Below are positions 26,456-26,967 of a stretch of 26,967 nucleotides of DNA, piece after piece; position 1 is the stretch's first letter; each line of letters begins with the position of its first letter. The notes under the pieces were generated by a model. The model searched no databases. It was not told the origin of the DNA and worked only from the letters and a program-made list of their open reading frames with translations. Position numbers and translations under genes: made by a program. The DNA comes from a bacterium (GTDB lineage Bacteria > Verrucomicrobiota > Verrucomicrobiia > Opitutales > UBA953): assembly GCA_009926645.1 (NCBI GenBank), contig RFOO01000001.1, forward strand, positions 1 to 26,967, given 5' to 3'.

Positions 26456-26967
26456 GGGGACTGGGAAGGCGGAGGCGTGCTACGTCCCAATCGATTGATT
26501 AGTGGTACGCAGGCAAGCAGTAAGAGAAAGGCTAAGACCATAGAAGCGTTGCCGGCAAAATCATGCACGTTGCCGAGTTTCGAGAATTGCGGACTACCCA
26601 TTTCCATTCCCCAGAAGTCATGCTCGAGCGAGCGGGATCCATGTTTTAGAGCGTAAAATGCCAAAAAGGCATTGCGAGCAATGTTAATCAGAATGGCAGC
26701 AAATCCGGCGCAGACGATGAGAAGAATCCGGCGAATAAGACTTCCCGGAAATCCGCCTTGCAGAAAAATAGCTCCTAAAAATGCACCGACAAAGATACAG
26801 GCGGAGAGAGAGCGAATGCCAGAGCAAGCATCGGCAATACCGACCGCATCTTGATTCGCAAACACGATGGTATTGCCTCGAACGGTAATCGTTTCTCCGG
26901 CGAGTCGCATTAATCCAGAAACGATCTCGGTAACATTGGTGAGAAGTTCGCCTTTGATTTTATTATC
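26452..26967 (-). CDS. Exosortase/archaeosortase family protein, 5' part outside the window
   Basis: IADACSGIRS (Cys), INIARN (Arg) and VHDFAG (His) triad. The frame stays open to the window end (DNKIKGELLTNVTEIVSGLM). Confidence 0.85.
   Translation of the reverse strand, partial: DNKIKGELLTNVTEIVSGLMRLAGETITVRGNTIVFANQDAVGIADACSGIRSLSACIFVGAFLGAIFLQGGFPGSLIRRILLIVCAGFAAILINIARNAFLAFYALKHGSRSLEHDFWGMEMGSPQFSKLGNVHDFAGNASMVLAFLLLLACVPLINRLGRSTPPPSQSP

Noticed and set aside
1-26967. CRISPR array, IS element, rRNA or tRNA genes
   Set aside because: I saw no regularly spaced repeats, transposase or integrase ORFs, or terminal inverted repeats. The only tRNA-like sequence is the tmRNA.

Overview
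A core-genome bacterial region of roughly 48% GC by eye. The lineage is probably Verrucomicrobiota (Opitutia-like); this is inferred from gene content and the pyrimidine-rich, SD-poor leaders, not proven. The + strand carries a 5'-truncated RNA methyltransferase, an AEC transporter, a three-lipoprotein cluster (COG3014-like, YcfL-like, LpoB-like) and an FAD oxidoreductase. The - strand carries tmRNA, aroQ, acnA, a peroxiredoxin, a tightly coupled run serA-plsY-hom-lysC-TPR-exbB-exbD-uppS-cdsA-miaA, uvrD-like helicase, lipA, a TorF-like porin, glgA and a truncated exosortase. I saw no mobile element, CRISPR array or prophage. Two observations stand out. (1) The ExbB/ExbD-like pair has lost all of the canonical proton-channel residues together, and sits with a ~914 aa exported TPR protein inside a lipid-carrier/phospholipid operon. 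(2) lysC is broken by an out-of-frame internal deletion of about 85 nt that removes the YTDVDG..DP motif.
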